Shown one piece after another: positions 9,347 through 17,713 of a DNA stretch of 27,895 nt. The stretch is from NCBI GenBank assembly GCA_036501665.1, contig DASXZW010000024.1, forward strand, positions 1-27,895, given 5' to 3'. Position 1 is the stretch's first letter, and the number at the start of each line of letters is the position of its first letter. The notes under the pieces are model-generated. The model was not told where the DNA came from and did not search any database. It was given only the letters and a program-made list of their open reading frames with translations. The position numbers were made by a program, and so were the translations under genes. The stretch comes from Verrucomicrobiia bacterium (GTDB lineage: Bacteria; Verrucomicrobiota; Verrucomicrobiia; Limisphaerales; Palsa-1400).

Positions 9347-10566
9347 GCAAGCGTGCGCCTGACACCAAGGCGTTTTTTGCCGAAATCCGAAAGCACAAGC
9401 ACACGTACAAGCGGTTCCTGGATCGGTTGGACTTGCGGGCGGAGGTCCGCCGCGCCTTGCTCCAATTGCTCAAGGATGATTTTCAAATCGAGCCTTCCAG
9501 CGAGGAAGCCGCTGGCGGAAAGGAACTGATCGAAGCTGCGTCCGCTTTTGAATCCACTCCGTTGAATGACATCCACTGGAAATCATTGGATGAGCAAATG
9601 GTTGGAGCCTTTGCGGCCAAAATGGTGGAAAGTCCCGGTTCGCGTGTCTTCGATGAACCAGTCTTCCAGGCGCTTCACTCTCGCGGCTTGCTTTGGCGCA
9701 AGGGCGAAAAAGGTGACCACTTTGCCACCGCCGCCGGCTTCCTGCTCTTTGGCGTCCGTCCGGGCGACCGTTACCCTCAATGCGAAATCCTCGTTGATGC
9801 TTACGCCGACACGAAAATCTCCGGCAAACCGCGCGGTCAGGTCAATATCAATATCGCTTTGCCCAAGGCCATTGACCAAATTCTCGAATTTGTGGACAAA
9901 CACACGTTCCACCCGACTCGTGTCGTCGGCATCAACAATATCGCGCTGGATGAATACCCGCAGCGGGCGCTCCGCGAAGCCCTCGTCAATGCCGTCGCAC
10001 ACCGCAATTACGAGGACGCCAGCCGCAAAATCGCCGTTCAAGTCTTTTCCGACCGCATTGTTGTGGCCAGCCCCGGTTATCCGCCATCACCCCTGACGTT
10101 GGCAAAACTCCGTCGCGGCAACTATCGTCCCTGCTCTCGCAATTCCGTGATTGCCCAAGCCCTCGCGACGATGAACCTCATGGAACAGCGCGGCAGCGGT
10201 TTTGCTCGAATGCGCGACACGATGCTCAACCACGGATTGGACGCCCCCATTTACGGTCAGCAGGACGGTTTTTTCGTCGTCACCTTCCTAGGCCCGAACG
10301 GGAATTACGAACGGCTGAGACTCCCGGATGGCGCTGTTGGATTTATTTCGCCTGCCGTTGAAGCTCAACTCAACGAACGGCAAAAGCGGATTATGGTTCA
10401 AGTGCAAAGAGAAGGTTTCGTGACCAGCGGGTGGTGCCGAAGAGAATTGCCAGTCGTTTATGATACGATTCGCCGGGACTTGCTTGGCTTGGTCAGACTT
10501 GGGCTTATCCAAGTGCGTGGTCGAGGAAGGAACGCCCACTACATTCCCAAAAATGGGCGCGAATAA
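9343..10566 (+). CDS. Divergent AAA / HATPase_c_4-type transcriptional regulator-like protein (COG2865-like)
   Basis: 407 aa; EYPQRALREALVNAVAHRNYED, IVVASPG, LMEQRGSGFARM; C-terminal winged-HTH-like RRELPVVYDTIRRDLLGLVRLGLIQVRGRGRNAHY. Confidence 0.8.
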   Translation: MSKRAPDTKAFFAEIRKHKHTYKRFLDRLDLRAEVRRALLQLLKDDFQIEPSSEEAAGGKELIEAASAFESTPLNDIHWKSLDEQMVGAFAAKMVESPGSRVFDEPVFQALHSRGLLWRKGEKGDHFATAAGFLLFGVRPGDRYPQCEILVDAYADTKISGKPRGQVNINIALPKAIDQILEFVDKHTFHPTRVVGINNIALDEYPQRALREALVNAVAHRNYEDASRKIAVQVFSDRIVVASPGYPPSPLTLAKLRRGNYRPCSRNSVIAQALATMNLMEQRGSGFARMRDTMLNHGLDAPIYGQQDGFFVVTFLGPNGNYERLRLPDGAVGFISPAVEAQLNERQKRIMVQVQREGFVTSGWCRRELPVVYDTIRRDLLGLVRLGLIQVRGRGRNAHYIPKNGRE

Positions 10567-10620
10567 TCTACCGATAATCTACCGATTTTTTTGGATAATC
10601 TACCGATTTGCAAGAATCGG
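10563..10620. repeat. Three copies of ATAATCTACCGAT plus adjoining inverted repeat CCGATT-TGCAAG-AATCGG
   Basis: Copies at 10563-10575, 10574-10586 and 10595-10607; inverted repeat 10603-10620; between regulator gene and queF. Confidence 0.8.
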
Positions 10621-10809
10621 AGGGCAGTTAATTCACGGGCAATCGAGGGGTACAGGTGCAGGTGGACTAAGGCACAACCTGGCGTGATCAGTTCGGTCTG
10701 GGCTTCGTTTGTCCGGTTTTATGTGCCGTTTCGCAACCGAAGCTTATTTGAATTTCAACCAAATTTGATTCCATCTGGAACGCCGAGGTGTCACAATGGA
10801 GCGGCAAAG

Positions 10810-11274
10810 ATGAAACGCAATCGCAACCGCAAATACGCAGCTCTGACGCTCCTGGGAAACTCCCAGGCAGCGTTTCCCAAGTCCCCTCAGAAGGCAACGC
10901 TTGAAGTGTTTGCGAATACCCACCCACAGCGCGATTACTCAATCCGCATTGACTGCCCTGACTTCACGTCGCTCTGCCCCGTGACCTGCCAACCCGATTT
11001 CGCCGAGATCGTTGTTGATTATATTCCCGATGCCCGTTGCATCGAGACGAAATCACTCAAGCTTTATTTGGCTTCGTATCGCAACGTGCATTCGTTCAAC
11101 GAAGCGGTAATCAATCGCATTCTCGACGATTTGGTTCGATCCTGCCAACCGCGCCGAATGCGAATCGAGGGTCACTTCGCCGCCAGAGGCGGACTTGCCC
11201 TCACCGTGATCGCGGCATATCCGCAAAGCGAAATTGACGCCGGTCGTCCCGTCCGAAAAGGAGGTAAAATATGA
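10810..11274 (+). CDS. queF: NADPH-dependent 7-cyano-7-deazaguanine (preQ0) reductase QueF
   Basis: YAALTLLGN, CPDFTSLCPVTCQPDF (catalytic Cys and Asp), VDYIPDARCIETKSLKLYLASYRN, ARGGLALTV; start at ATG 10810. Confidence 0.88.
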   Translation: MKRNRNRKYAALTLLGNSQAAFPKSPQKATLEVFANTHPQRDYSIRIDCPDFTSLCPVTCQPDFAEIVVDYIPDARCIETKSLKLYLASYRNVHSFNEAVINRILDDLVRSCQPRRMRIEGHFAARGGLALTVIAAYPQSEIDAGRPVRKGGKI

Positions 11275-11975
11275 AAACAAAAGTTGTCGTACTCGTCAGC
11301 GGCGGAATGGATTCCGTTTCCGCCCTCTACGAAGCGCATCAGCAATACATTGTCACCGCCGCGCTCAGTTTTGACTACGGCTCAAAGCACAACCACAAAG
11401 AGATTCCATTTGCCGCGTGGCATTGTCAGAAACTCGGTATTCCTCACCACGCCATCTCTCTTGATTTTGTCGGCCAACTTTTCAAGTCTGACCTCTTGAA
11501 GTCCGGCGGCGCGATTCCAGACGGTCACTACGAAGAGCAAAGCATGAAGCAAACTGTCGTGCCCTTCCGTAACGGCATTATGCTCTCAATTGCCGGAGGC
11601 TTCGCTGAGTCCATAGAGGCGAACGGGTTGGTCATTGCTGCTCACTCAGGGGACCACGCCATTTATCCCGACTGCCGAGAGGATTTCATGAAGTCGATGG
11701 CAGATGCGCTTCGACTTGGCACGTACGCCGCCGTCGAAATCCTGCGCCCATTCATTCACCGGACAAAGGCTCAGATTGCCCAGCGCGGACACGACCTCGG
11801 TGTCGATTTCTCAAAAACCTGGTCATGCTATAAAGGGGGTGACATCCACTGCGGCACATGCGGCACATGCGTTGAACGCCGTGAAGCGTTCATGCTCACT
11901 GGACTTCCCGACCCGACAATTTACGCTGAAACCTCAACTCTGCCCCCGAAGCCGGCGGCAGCCATCCACACCTGA
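11271..11975 (+). CDS. queC: 7-cyano-7-deazaguanine synthase QueC
   Basis: VVVLVSGGMDSVSALYEA PP-loop; SMKQTVVPFRNGIMLSIA; YPDCREDFM; CYKGGDIHCGTCGTCVERREAF zinc motif. Confidence 0.93.
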   Translation: MKTKVVVLVSGGMDSVSALYEAHQQYIVTAALSFDYGSKHNHKEIPFAAWHCQKLGIPHHAISLDFVGQLFKSDLLKSGGAIPDGHYEEQSMKQTVVPFRNGIMLSIAGGFAESIEANGLVIAAHSGDHAIYPDCREDFMKSMADALRLGTYAAVEILRPFIHRTKAQIAQRGHDLGVDFSKTWSCYKGGDIHCGTCGTCVERREAFMLTGLPDPTIYAETSTLPPKPAAAIHT

Positions 11976-11976
11976 A

Positions 11977-12669
11977 ATGCTCATCTCGGAGATTTTTTAC
12001 TCCCTTCAGGGCGAAGGCGAACTCACTGGTATCCCCTCGGTATTCGTCCGCACTTCGGGCTGTAACCTCCGTTGCAATTGGTGCGACACAATGTACGCCT
12101 CCTGGGAACCCGAGGGGACTCAAATGTCGATGGATGAAATCCTCCTCAAGGTGGACTCATTCCCGGCTCAACATTGCGTACTCACCGGAGGCGAGCCAAT
12201 GGTTGCCAAAGAAATCCACGCTCTGGCAACAGCACTTAAAGAGCGAGGTAAGCACATTACCATCGAAACCGCGACGACCGTTCCGCCCAAAAGCATCGCC
12301 TGTGATCTCGCGTCGCTCAGTCCTAAACTCAGCAACTCCACGCCGGACCAACGGTTGCCCGACGCTTGGCGACGAAAACACGATAAATTGCGCTGGCAGC
12401 CCCTTGTCATTCAACAATGGATCGACCATTACCCTTATCAATTAAAATTTGTCATAACGTCGGCAGCCGACCTCAATGAAATTGATTTGCTTTTGAATGA
12501 GGTGAACCGAACAATTCCGCCTATGAAAATCTTGCTAATGCCCGAAGGGACATCAGCAGAGACCATTCGAGGGCGAAACGAAACCCTGGTTGACCTCTGC
12601 AAGCGATATGGCTATCGCTACTGCGACCGTCTCCACGTCCAGCTTTTTGGACACACGCGAGGAACATGA
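11977..12669 (+). CDS. queE: 7-carboxy-7-deazaguanine synthase QueE (radical SAM)
   Basis: MLISEIFYSLQGEGELTGIPSVFVRTSGCNLRCNWCDTMYA; VLTGGEPM; start 11977 just after the queC stop. Confidence 0.93.
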   Translation: MLISEIFYSLQGEGELTGIPSVFVRTSGCNLRCNWCDTMYASWEPEGTQMSMDEILLKVDSFPAQHCVLTGGEPMVAKEIHALATALKERGKHITIETATTVPPKSIACDLASLSPKLSNSTPDQRLPDAWRRKHDKLRWQPLVIQQWIDHYPYQLKFVITSAADLNEIDLLLNEVNRTIPPMKILLMPEGTSAETIRGRNETLVDLCKRYGYRYCDRLHVQLFGHTRGT

Positions 12670-13148
12670 TGCCATATCGTATTTGCAAAACTTTTGAGAT
12701 TGAAAATGGGCACATGCTCTCCAAACATCCTGACCTATGCAAATTTCCCCACGGTCACAGCCGCAAAGTCGAAATCGTTCTTGAGGCGGATTCATTGGAC
12801 GGCAATGAAATGGTCTGCGATTTCAAGGCCGTGACTGAGAGCCTAAACGAGCACCTTAAAACCCTCGACCACGCGATATGTGTCAATACCCAAGACCCGA
12901 ATTTCAAGCAGCTTAAGACCGCCTATGGCGACCGCGTCGTCGCCTTCGAAGCTCTCGACCCCACCACCGAGGTCATCGCCAAAGCGATTTTTGATTTTGC
13001 AAAGTCCAGACTGGTTGCGTACGGCTGCAAACCATCCGCCAAATACCCAATTCGCCCCAACATCCGATTGGTTAAAATCCGTCTCTGGGAAACCAGTAGT
13101 TCTTGGGCGGAGTACTTTGAGGCCAGCGGCACTCCACCACGCGAATGA
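12666..13148 (+). CDS. queD: 6-carboxy-5,6,7,8-tetrahydropterin synthase QueD (6-pyruvoyl-THP synthase family)
   Basis: CKTFEIENGHMLSKHPDLCKFPHGHSRKVEIVLEA; MVCDFKAV; LDHAICVN; PTTEVIAKAIFDF. Confidence 0.9.
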   Translation: MMPYRICKTFEIENGHMLSKHPDLCKFPHGHSRKVEIVLEADSLDGNEMVCDFKAVTESLNEHLKTLDHAICVNTQDPNFKQLKTAYGDRVVAFEALDPTTEVIAKAIFDFAKSRLVAYGCKPSAKYPIRPNIRLVKIRLWETSSSWAEYFEASGTPPRE

Positions 13149-13960
13149 AATACGCCCACACCAAGCCCCTCGCTGACATACAAAAAACCAGGGACCGGCG
13201 TGGTGTTAAAATCGACAAAGTTGGCGTCTGCGATCTGTCGTTTCCGATCACGGTTCTGGATCGCCAGAACCAGCGCCAGCAGACTGTTGCGACGGTTTCC
13301 ATGTCGGTGAGCCTGCCCCACCATTTCAAAGGCACCCACATGAGCCGATTCCTCGAAGTGCTCTGCCGACACCAGGGCGAAGTGACAATGCGAACGCTGC
13401 CTGCAATTCTTCACGACTTGAAGGATCGCCTCGAATCCGAAGCCGCCCACATCGAAGTTGATTTTGCCTATTTTCTCACCCGCAGAGCCCCGGTCAGTGG
13501 TTCGGAAGCACCAATGGATTACCGTTGCACGTTCATCGGCGAATCAAATGGCTTAAAAGACGATTTTCTTCTCCGCGTCCGTGTCCCTGTGACAACCCTA
13601 TGCCCATGTTCAAAAGAGATCAGCGATTACGGCGCGCATAACCAACGCGGTCTTGTCACTCTCACCGTCCGCCCTGAACGCAAGAATGGCCTCTGGGAAC
13701 TCATCTGGATCGAGGAACTCATCCTCATCGCCGAAAAATCCGCCTCGGCCCCTGTCTATCCTCTGCTCAAACGCCCGGACGAGCGCCACGTCACTATGCA
13801 GGCCTTCGACAATCCAGTCTTCGTCGAGGACGTTGTCCGCAACGCTGCCCGCATCCTGCAAAAGGACAGGCGCATAGCTTGGTTTGAGGTTCGAGCCGTC
13901 AATCAGGAGAGCATCCACAACCATTCCGCTTTTGCCGTGGTGGAGTCCAAAAGTGCGTGA
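13145..13960 (+). CDS. folE2: GTP cyclohydrolase IB FolE2
   Basis: 271 aa; VSMSVSLPHHFKGTHMSRF; CPCSKEISDYGAHNQRG; FVEDVVRNAARIL. Confidence 0.9.
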   Translation: MKYAHTKPLADIQKTRDRRGVKIDKVGVCDLSFPITVLDRQNQRQQTVATVSMSVSLPHHFKGTHMSRFLEVLCRHQGEVTMRTLPAILHDLKDRLESEAAHIEVDFAYFLTRRAPVSGSEAPMDYRCTFIGESNGLKDDFLLRVRVPVTTLCPCSKEISDYGAHNQRGLVTLTVRPERKNGLWELIWIEELILIAEKSASAPVYPLLKRPDERHVTMQAFDNPVFVEDVVRNAARILQKDRRIAWFEVRAVNQESIHNHSAFAVVESKSA

Positions 13961-14032
13961 ACGACCCCATGTCCCTCTGCCACCAGCCTGCCGCTCCCAG
14001 TCCTTGAGCTGCACCTTCCTAAATTCGACTCC

Positions 14033-14175
14033 GCTGATTTCTGCCGATTTCTGTTGAAATCTGGCTGGTAGGTCTGGAATCCTCTGCTCCAGAGTATGCT
14101 CCGAGCGGATTTGATACGCCAGAGCTTGCCAAACGTGGGAATCGGTTCCTCGGACGCGTTGGATCGGCCGAGGAA
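14033..14175. promoter_or_regulatory. Repeat-rich noncoding segment upstream of the ParB-like gene
   Basis: Near-tandem 10-mers GCTGATTTCT/GCCGATTTCT/GTTGAAATCT (14033-14062), GATTTC-TGTT-GAAATC (14046-14061), TTCCTCGG-14 nt-CCGAGGAA (14146-14175). Confidence 0.35.
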
Positions 14176-14216
14176 AGAAGCGATTTCGCTCAACAAACAT
14201 ATTAAATAGAGGTCCC

Positions 14217-15713
14217 ATGAGACCCAGCGACAAAACATATTTCACGCACCTTCCCACGGGCAAAATTAGGGCGAACCCCTTCAACCCTCGAAAAACCTTC
14301 GACCAAGAGAGCCTAGATGAACTGGCTGCGAGCCTTGCAACTCACGGAGTTTTGCAGCCTCTCATCGTTTACGAAGACGAAACCTTTTTCGTCCTCATCT
14401 GCGGCGAACGCCGCCTGAGAGCCGCCCGTCAAGCCGGTCTGCCAGAAGTCCCAGCCATCGTTCATCCCATTCCCCCGGAAAACCCGCAGATGCTCTCGAT
14501 GATGCTCATCGAAAATCTGCAACGGAAGGAAGTCGATGTGGTGAATGAGTCTGCGGCGATTCGCCTATTGATAGAGGAGCACAACTGGTCCGTGGCCAGG
14601 GTGTCCAGAAGCTTGGGCGCCGGGGCAGCCTACGTCCGAAAACGGTATCTCCTTACTAAATTCAGTGACGTCCTCGTAGCCTTCACGAACAACACGATTT
14701 CATATTCTGAGGCCATCGAACTTGCATCGATTGAGGATGAGACCGTGCGAAAGTGGTTTTTCAGGCGTATCGAATCCGGAGAGCTTGCCGATTTGAAGAA
14801 ACTTGCCACAGCCGTGTCCCGCGATAAGCAGATCCACAACCTTTTGGGGAAAGGAACCTTCCTCAAACAGGCCCTTGATCGGTCCGCCGTCGAGTTTCAA
14901 GTTGATGGCCTTCCGTACTGCGATCCAAAATGTCCACACTACTTTCGAATTAGCTGGGACGAAAAGCAGCAGTACAAGATTCCGCACAGGAAGCCGGGTT
15001 GGGCAGAATTCTGTACAGACAAATGCGGGTCGTGCTACACGCAAAAGGTTAATGCAAAACAAACGAAACTGTCTGCATTGCGCTCCTTGAAGGCCCAAAG
15101 GCCAATCGCCGATGACGACTTTTCTTCGATGATGTGGCTTAATTACGAGGGGAAGTCCTGCCGAACCTGCCCGTGGATGGTGGAGACGACCGCCCTTGAG
15201 GAGGCTGGCCTAACCCCCCCCCCGAAAGCCCACGCCGTTTGCTCTTGCCCCTCCCCTGAATGCTACGATAAACGGACGCACGTTCTCAACAAGCGTGCGT
15301 CCAGACTTGATTTGCAAAAACAGCAATCCGACGATCTCAAACGTAAAATCCTCTTGAAAGAACTGAAAACGCCGTCCAACAAATTGAGTCAGAATCCCCG
15401 TCCCCAACTTACCAAACGGGAGTGTGCCTTCATCCTACTTCAGACCATTTCGCTCCTTGGAGGTCACGCACGTATACGTGACTTCGCGGAACGCCACGGC
15501 TGGGCAGATAAAATGCCCGCCCAGACCTACGCACAAGTGAAATTTGTACGGAATAAGATTCTCGATGAAATGTCCGAGGCAGACCTCTACGAAGCCCTGC
15601 TCAATGAAGCATGCCTCTCCGCAGCTTATACCACCGAGCCCTTTGTCCCGCTCCGGTTTAGGAGGGATGTTCAAAGCGAAGTCCCGGTGCAAACGAAGGA
15701 AGTTGATGAGTAG
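14217..15713 (+). CDS. ParB/Srx-like domain protein with Cys-rich C-terminal half; probable DpdB-like partner of DpdA
   Basis: 498 aa; IRANPFNPRKTFDQESLDELAASLATHGVLQPLIV, ICGERRLRAARQAGLPEVPAIV, LIENLQRKEVDVVNESAAI; Cys motifs CDPKC, CTDKCGSC, CRTC, CSCPSPEC. Confidence 0.8.
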   Translation: MRPSDKTYFTHLPTGKIRANPFNPRKTFDQESLDELAASLATHGVLQPLIVYEDETFFVLICGERRLRAARQAGLPEVPAIVHPIPPENPQMLSMMLIENLQRKEVDVVNESAAIRLLIEEHNWSVARVSRSLGAGAAYVRKRYLLTKFSDVLVAFTNNTISYSEAIELASIEDETVRKWFFRRIESGELADLKKLATAVSRDKQIHNLLGKGTFLKQALDRSAVEFQVDGLPYCDPKCPHYFRISWDEKQQYKIPHRKPGWAEFCTDKCGSCYTQKVNAKQTKLSALRSLKAQRPIADDDFSSMMWLNYEGKSCRTCPWMVETTALEEAGLTPPPKAHAVCSCPSPECYDKRTHVLNKRASRLDLQKQQSDDLKRKILLKELKTPSNKLSQNPRPQLTKRECAFILLQTISLLGGHARIRDFAERHGWADKMPAQTYAQVKFVRNKILDEMSEADLYEALLNEACLSAAYTTEPFVPLRFRRDVQSEVPVQTKEVDE

Positions 15714-17640
15714 GCTGGTCCACACTTACTTTTCGCTCCAGCGCCAAGCACAGTCAGGTGGTAGGCTTGGCACGATCCACTTCGGGAATGGAGGCAAGGT
15801 TCAGACCCCGGCTCTGTTCCCGGCCATTTGCATTATGACCGGCCCCCCCGGTTTTGGCCGTCAGGGCTCGCACTACAAGTACATCAAACGCATTATGTGC
15901 CGCGAGTGGCACCACAATCATTTCCTGACTGAGATCCTCCACTTTGCGGACTATATGGCGACAGCCAAATCATTGAATGCATGGCTGATCAAGCCATTCC
16001 ATCTCTGGATGGATGAAATGATGCGTGGCGGCAATGTGTCCAATCAGGACCAAGGCGATGATTTTGATTACGAACCGGGCCGGGCATACGAAGCCTGTTT
16101 TTTCCTCGACTCAGGCGGGTTTAAACTCCTTTCGAATAGTGATTTCAGCATTCAGAAATTCGGTTATGAAACCAGCCCAAAAAACATTCTCGACCTCCAG
16201 ACCCACATGGGCGGGGATATTATTGCGTCCCTCGACTACCCATTGGCCCCGTTGGATTATGATCATAAGACCCTGGCTCAATTGCAAAACAAGAGCCTCG
16301 ACAACGCCGTCTGGCTCCTTAAACAAATTGCCGACCGAGGTAGCAAAGGGCCGCGCCCTTTAGTTTACTTGGCGGTCCACGGCATAGATTGCGAATCTGC
16401 CCACGACTGCACTGAGCGCCTGCTGCAAAAACTCGACTCAGGAAATTTTCAATATGAGGCATTCGGATTCGCCATCGGCTCACTAGTGCCGCGCCGCAGC
16501 AATCGCGCTCTTGTTGCGAGTATTGTAAAAGGCGTCGTTGATGCAATCCACGATCATCACAACGGTCGTTATATCGAAAAGCCCGTCCATGCTTTCGGCA
16601 TGTCCGGAGACCTCATCCCGACCCTTACAATGCTCGGTGTGGACACCTTCGACACCAATGCCTTTGTCCAAGGTGGCAAAAATCTGCGGTATATCTTGCC
16701 CCCGCGAGGGGCAAACCTCTCCGTTCGTGAGACTAGGTCTATCGACGAACTTTCGTTGGATACCCTCCGCACATGCGGCTGTCGCGCCTGTACCAGATAC
16801 GAAAAACTTCTCAATCCATTTAAGCAACTAGCTCGCATGGAGAGAGACACTCGCCATAAAATTAAGGGGGTTGGCCGTCACCTGATCAAGTCCGAGATCT
16901 ACGCTTTCCTGGCGCTTCACAACCTCGAAACCGAATATCGGGAAATTGAGGCAGTAAAAGCCGAAATTCTGAACAACACTCTGCCAGCCTACGTCCGCTC
17001 TTACGCCGAGCGCGCCAATCACCGTGGAACTCTCATCCGGGCATACGAAGCCGCCACCGGTGAGTTCGTCCCCCGCACGACTGGCAGACGGGTTTCCCTG
17101 GAGCTTACGCGGGAATCTTTTGGCATCTCAGACACGTACCGCCCCCCAGAGGATAAAGAAATCCTGATTTTTCTGCCTTGCACAAAAGATAAACCTTATA
17201 GTAGCGCGCGCTCCCACCAGGCGATTCGCGGGGCGCTCAACAAAGACCCACGCATACACATTGTCACCATCTCTGGCCTCTATGGCCCTGTACCGGAAGA
17301 GTTGGAGCAGGAACCCGAAATCCTCCAATATGACTACGTTCTGTCACCCGAAGCGAAGGAGCAATCGAACGCCATCACGCGACGATTGAGCGAATATCTG
17401 AAGCGGTTCGGCACCCATTACAAGACCATCGTCGCTTACGTCACCACCCGCGCGTACCGTCACGTTGCAAAGCAAGCACTCCGGGCTTATGGACGTGGCG
17501 TGTTATTGCCCACGGCGCCAAAAGAACAAACATCCAAAGAATTTCTCCGATACGAGAATATTCGTGAGCTCCAGACAACTTTGGCACCACACATAGAAAC
17601 CTCAAAATCACTTGATGCATACCAAACCCTGAACACTTAA
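15706..17640 (+). CDS. dpdA: DpdA-like 7-deazaguanine transglycosylase (TGT-fold domain plus ArcS-like C-terminal domain)
   Basis: Starts MSRLVHTYFSL, overlapping the ParB-like gene by 8 nt; FFLDSGGFKLL, YLAVHG, FGFAIGSLVPRR, LTMLGVDTFDT nucleophile region, zinc site CGCRAC...ALHNLE; C-term ILIFLPCTKDKPYSSARSHQAI. Confidence 0.88.
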   Translation: MSRLVHTYFSLQRQAQSGGRLGTIHFGNGGKVQTPALFPAICIMTGPPGFGRQGSHYKYIKRIMCREWHHNHFLTEILHFADYMATAKSLNAWLIKPFHLWMDEMMRGGNVSNQDQGDDFDYEPGRAYEACFFLDSGGFKLLSNSDFSIQKFGYETSPKNILDLQTHMGGDIIASLDYPLAPLDYDHKTLAQLQNKSLDNAVWLLKQIADRGSKGPRPLVYLAVHGIDCESAHDCTERLLQKLDSGNFQYEAFGFAIGSLVPRRSNRALVASIVKGVVDAIHDHHNGRYIEKPVHAFGMSGDLIPTLTMLGVDTFDTNAFVQGGKNLRYILPPRGANLSVRETRSIDELSLDTLRTCGCRACTRYEKLLNPFKQLARMERDTRHKIKGVGRHLIKSEIYAFLALHNLETEYREIEAVKAEILNNTLPAYVRSYAERANHRGTLIRAYEAATGEFVPRTTGRRVSLELTRESFGISDTYRPPEDKEILIFLPCTKDKPYSSARSHQAIRGALNKDPRIHIVTISGLYGPVPEELEQEPEILQYDYVLSPEAKEQSNAITRRLSEYLKRFGTHYKTIVAYVTTRAYRHVAKQALRAYGRGVLLPTAPKEQTSKEFLRYENIRELQTTLAPHIETSKSLDAYQTLNT

Positions 17641-17678
17641 CGCCCAGCGTTTCTCAACGACGAAATAGAGGCTCCAGA

Positions 17679-17713
17679 AGCCCAGTTGCCCGAAAGGGAG
17701 CTGGGCTTTTTTT
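17679..17713 (+). terminator. Rho-independent-type hairpin with T7 tract
   Basis: AGCCCAG TTG CCC GAAA GGG AG CTGGGCT TTTTTT: strong stem with GAAA tetraloop, directly abutting ATG at 17714. Confidence 0.8.

Noticed and set aside
10591-10809. N-terminal extension of the QueF ORF
   Set aside because: The extension runs through the ATAATCTACCGAT repeats and lacks conservation with QueF; ATG 10810 with nearby GGAG is better
10621-10809. Possible preQ1 riboswitch ahead of queF
   Set aside because: I could not find the compact preQ1-I aptamer pattern (hairpin followed by an A-rich tail) by eye; a covariance-model search would be needed to be sure
11271-11975. Interpretation as a Qatuor (QatABCD)-type defence gene because of QueC homology
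   Set aside because: The flanking genes form a complete preQ0 pathway and no TatD-like QatD or QatB-like gene is recognisable, so canonical QueC is simpler
11704-11976. N-terminal extension of the QueE ORF (321 aa version)
   Set aside because: The extension is out-of-frame translation of queC; the conserved QueE start MLISEIFYSLQGEG is at 11977
13610-14284. 224 aa minus-strand ORF across the folE2 end and the intergenic gap
   Set aside because: Mostly antisense to folE2, no motif, and overlaps the ParB-like start; treated as noncoding on that strand
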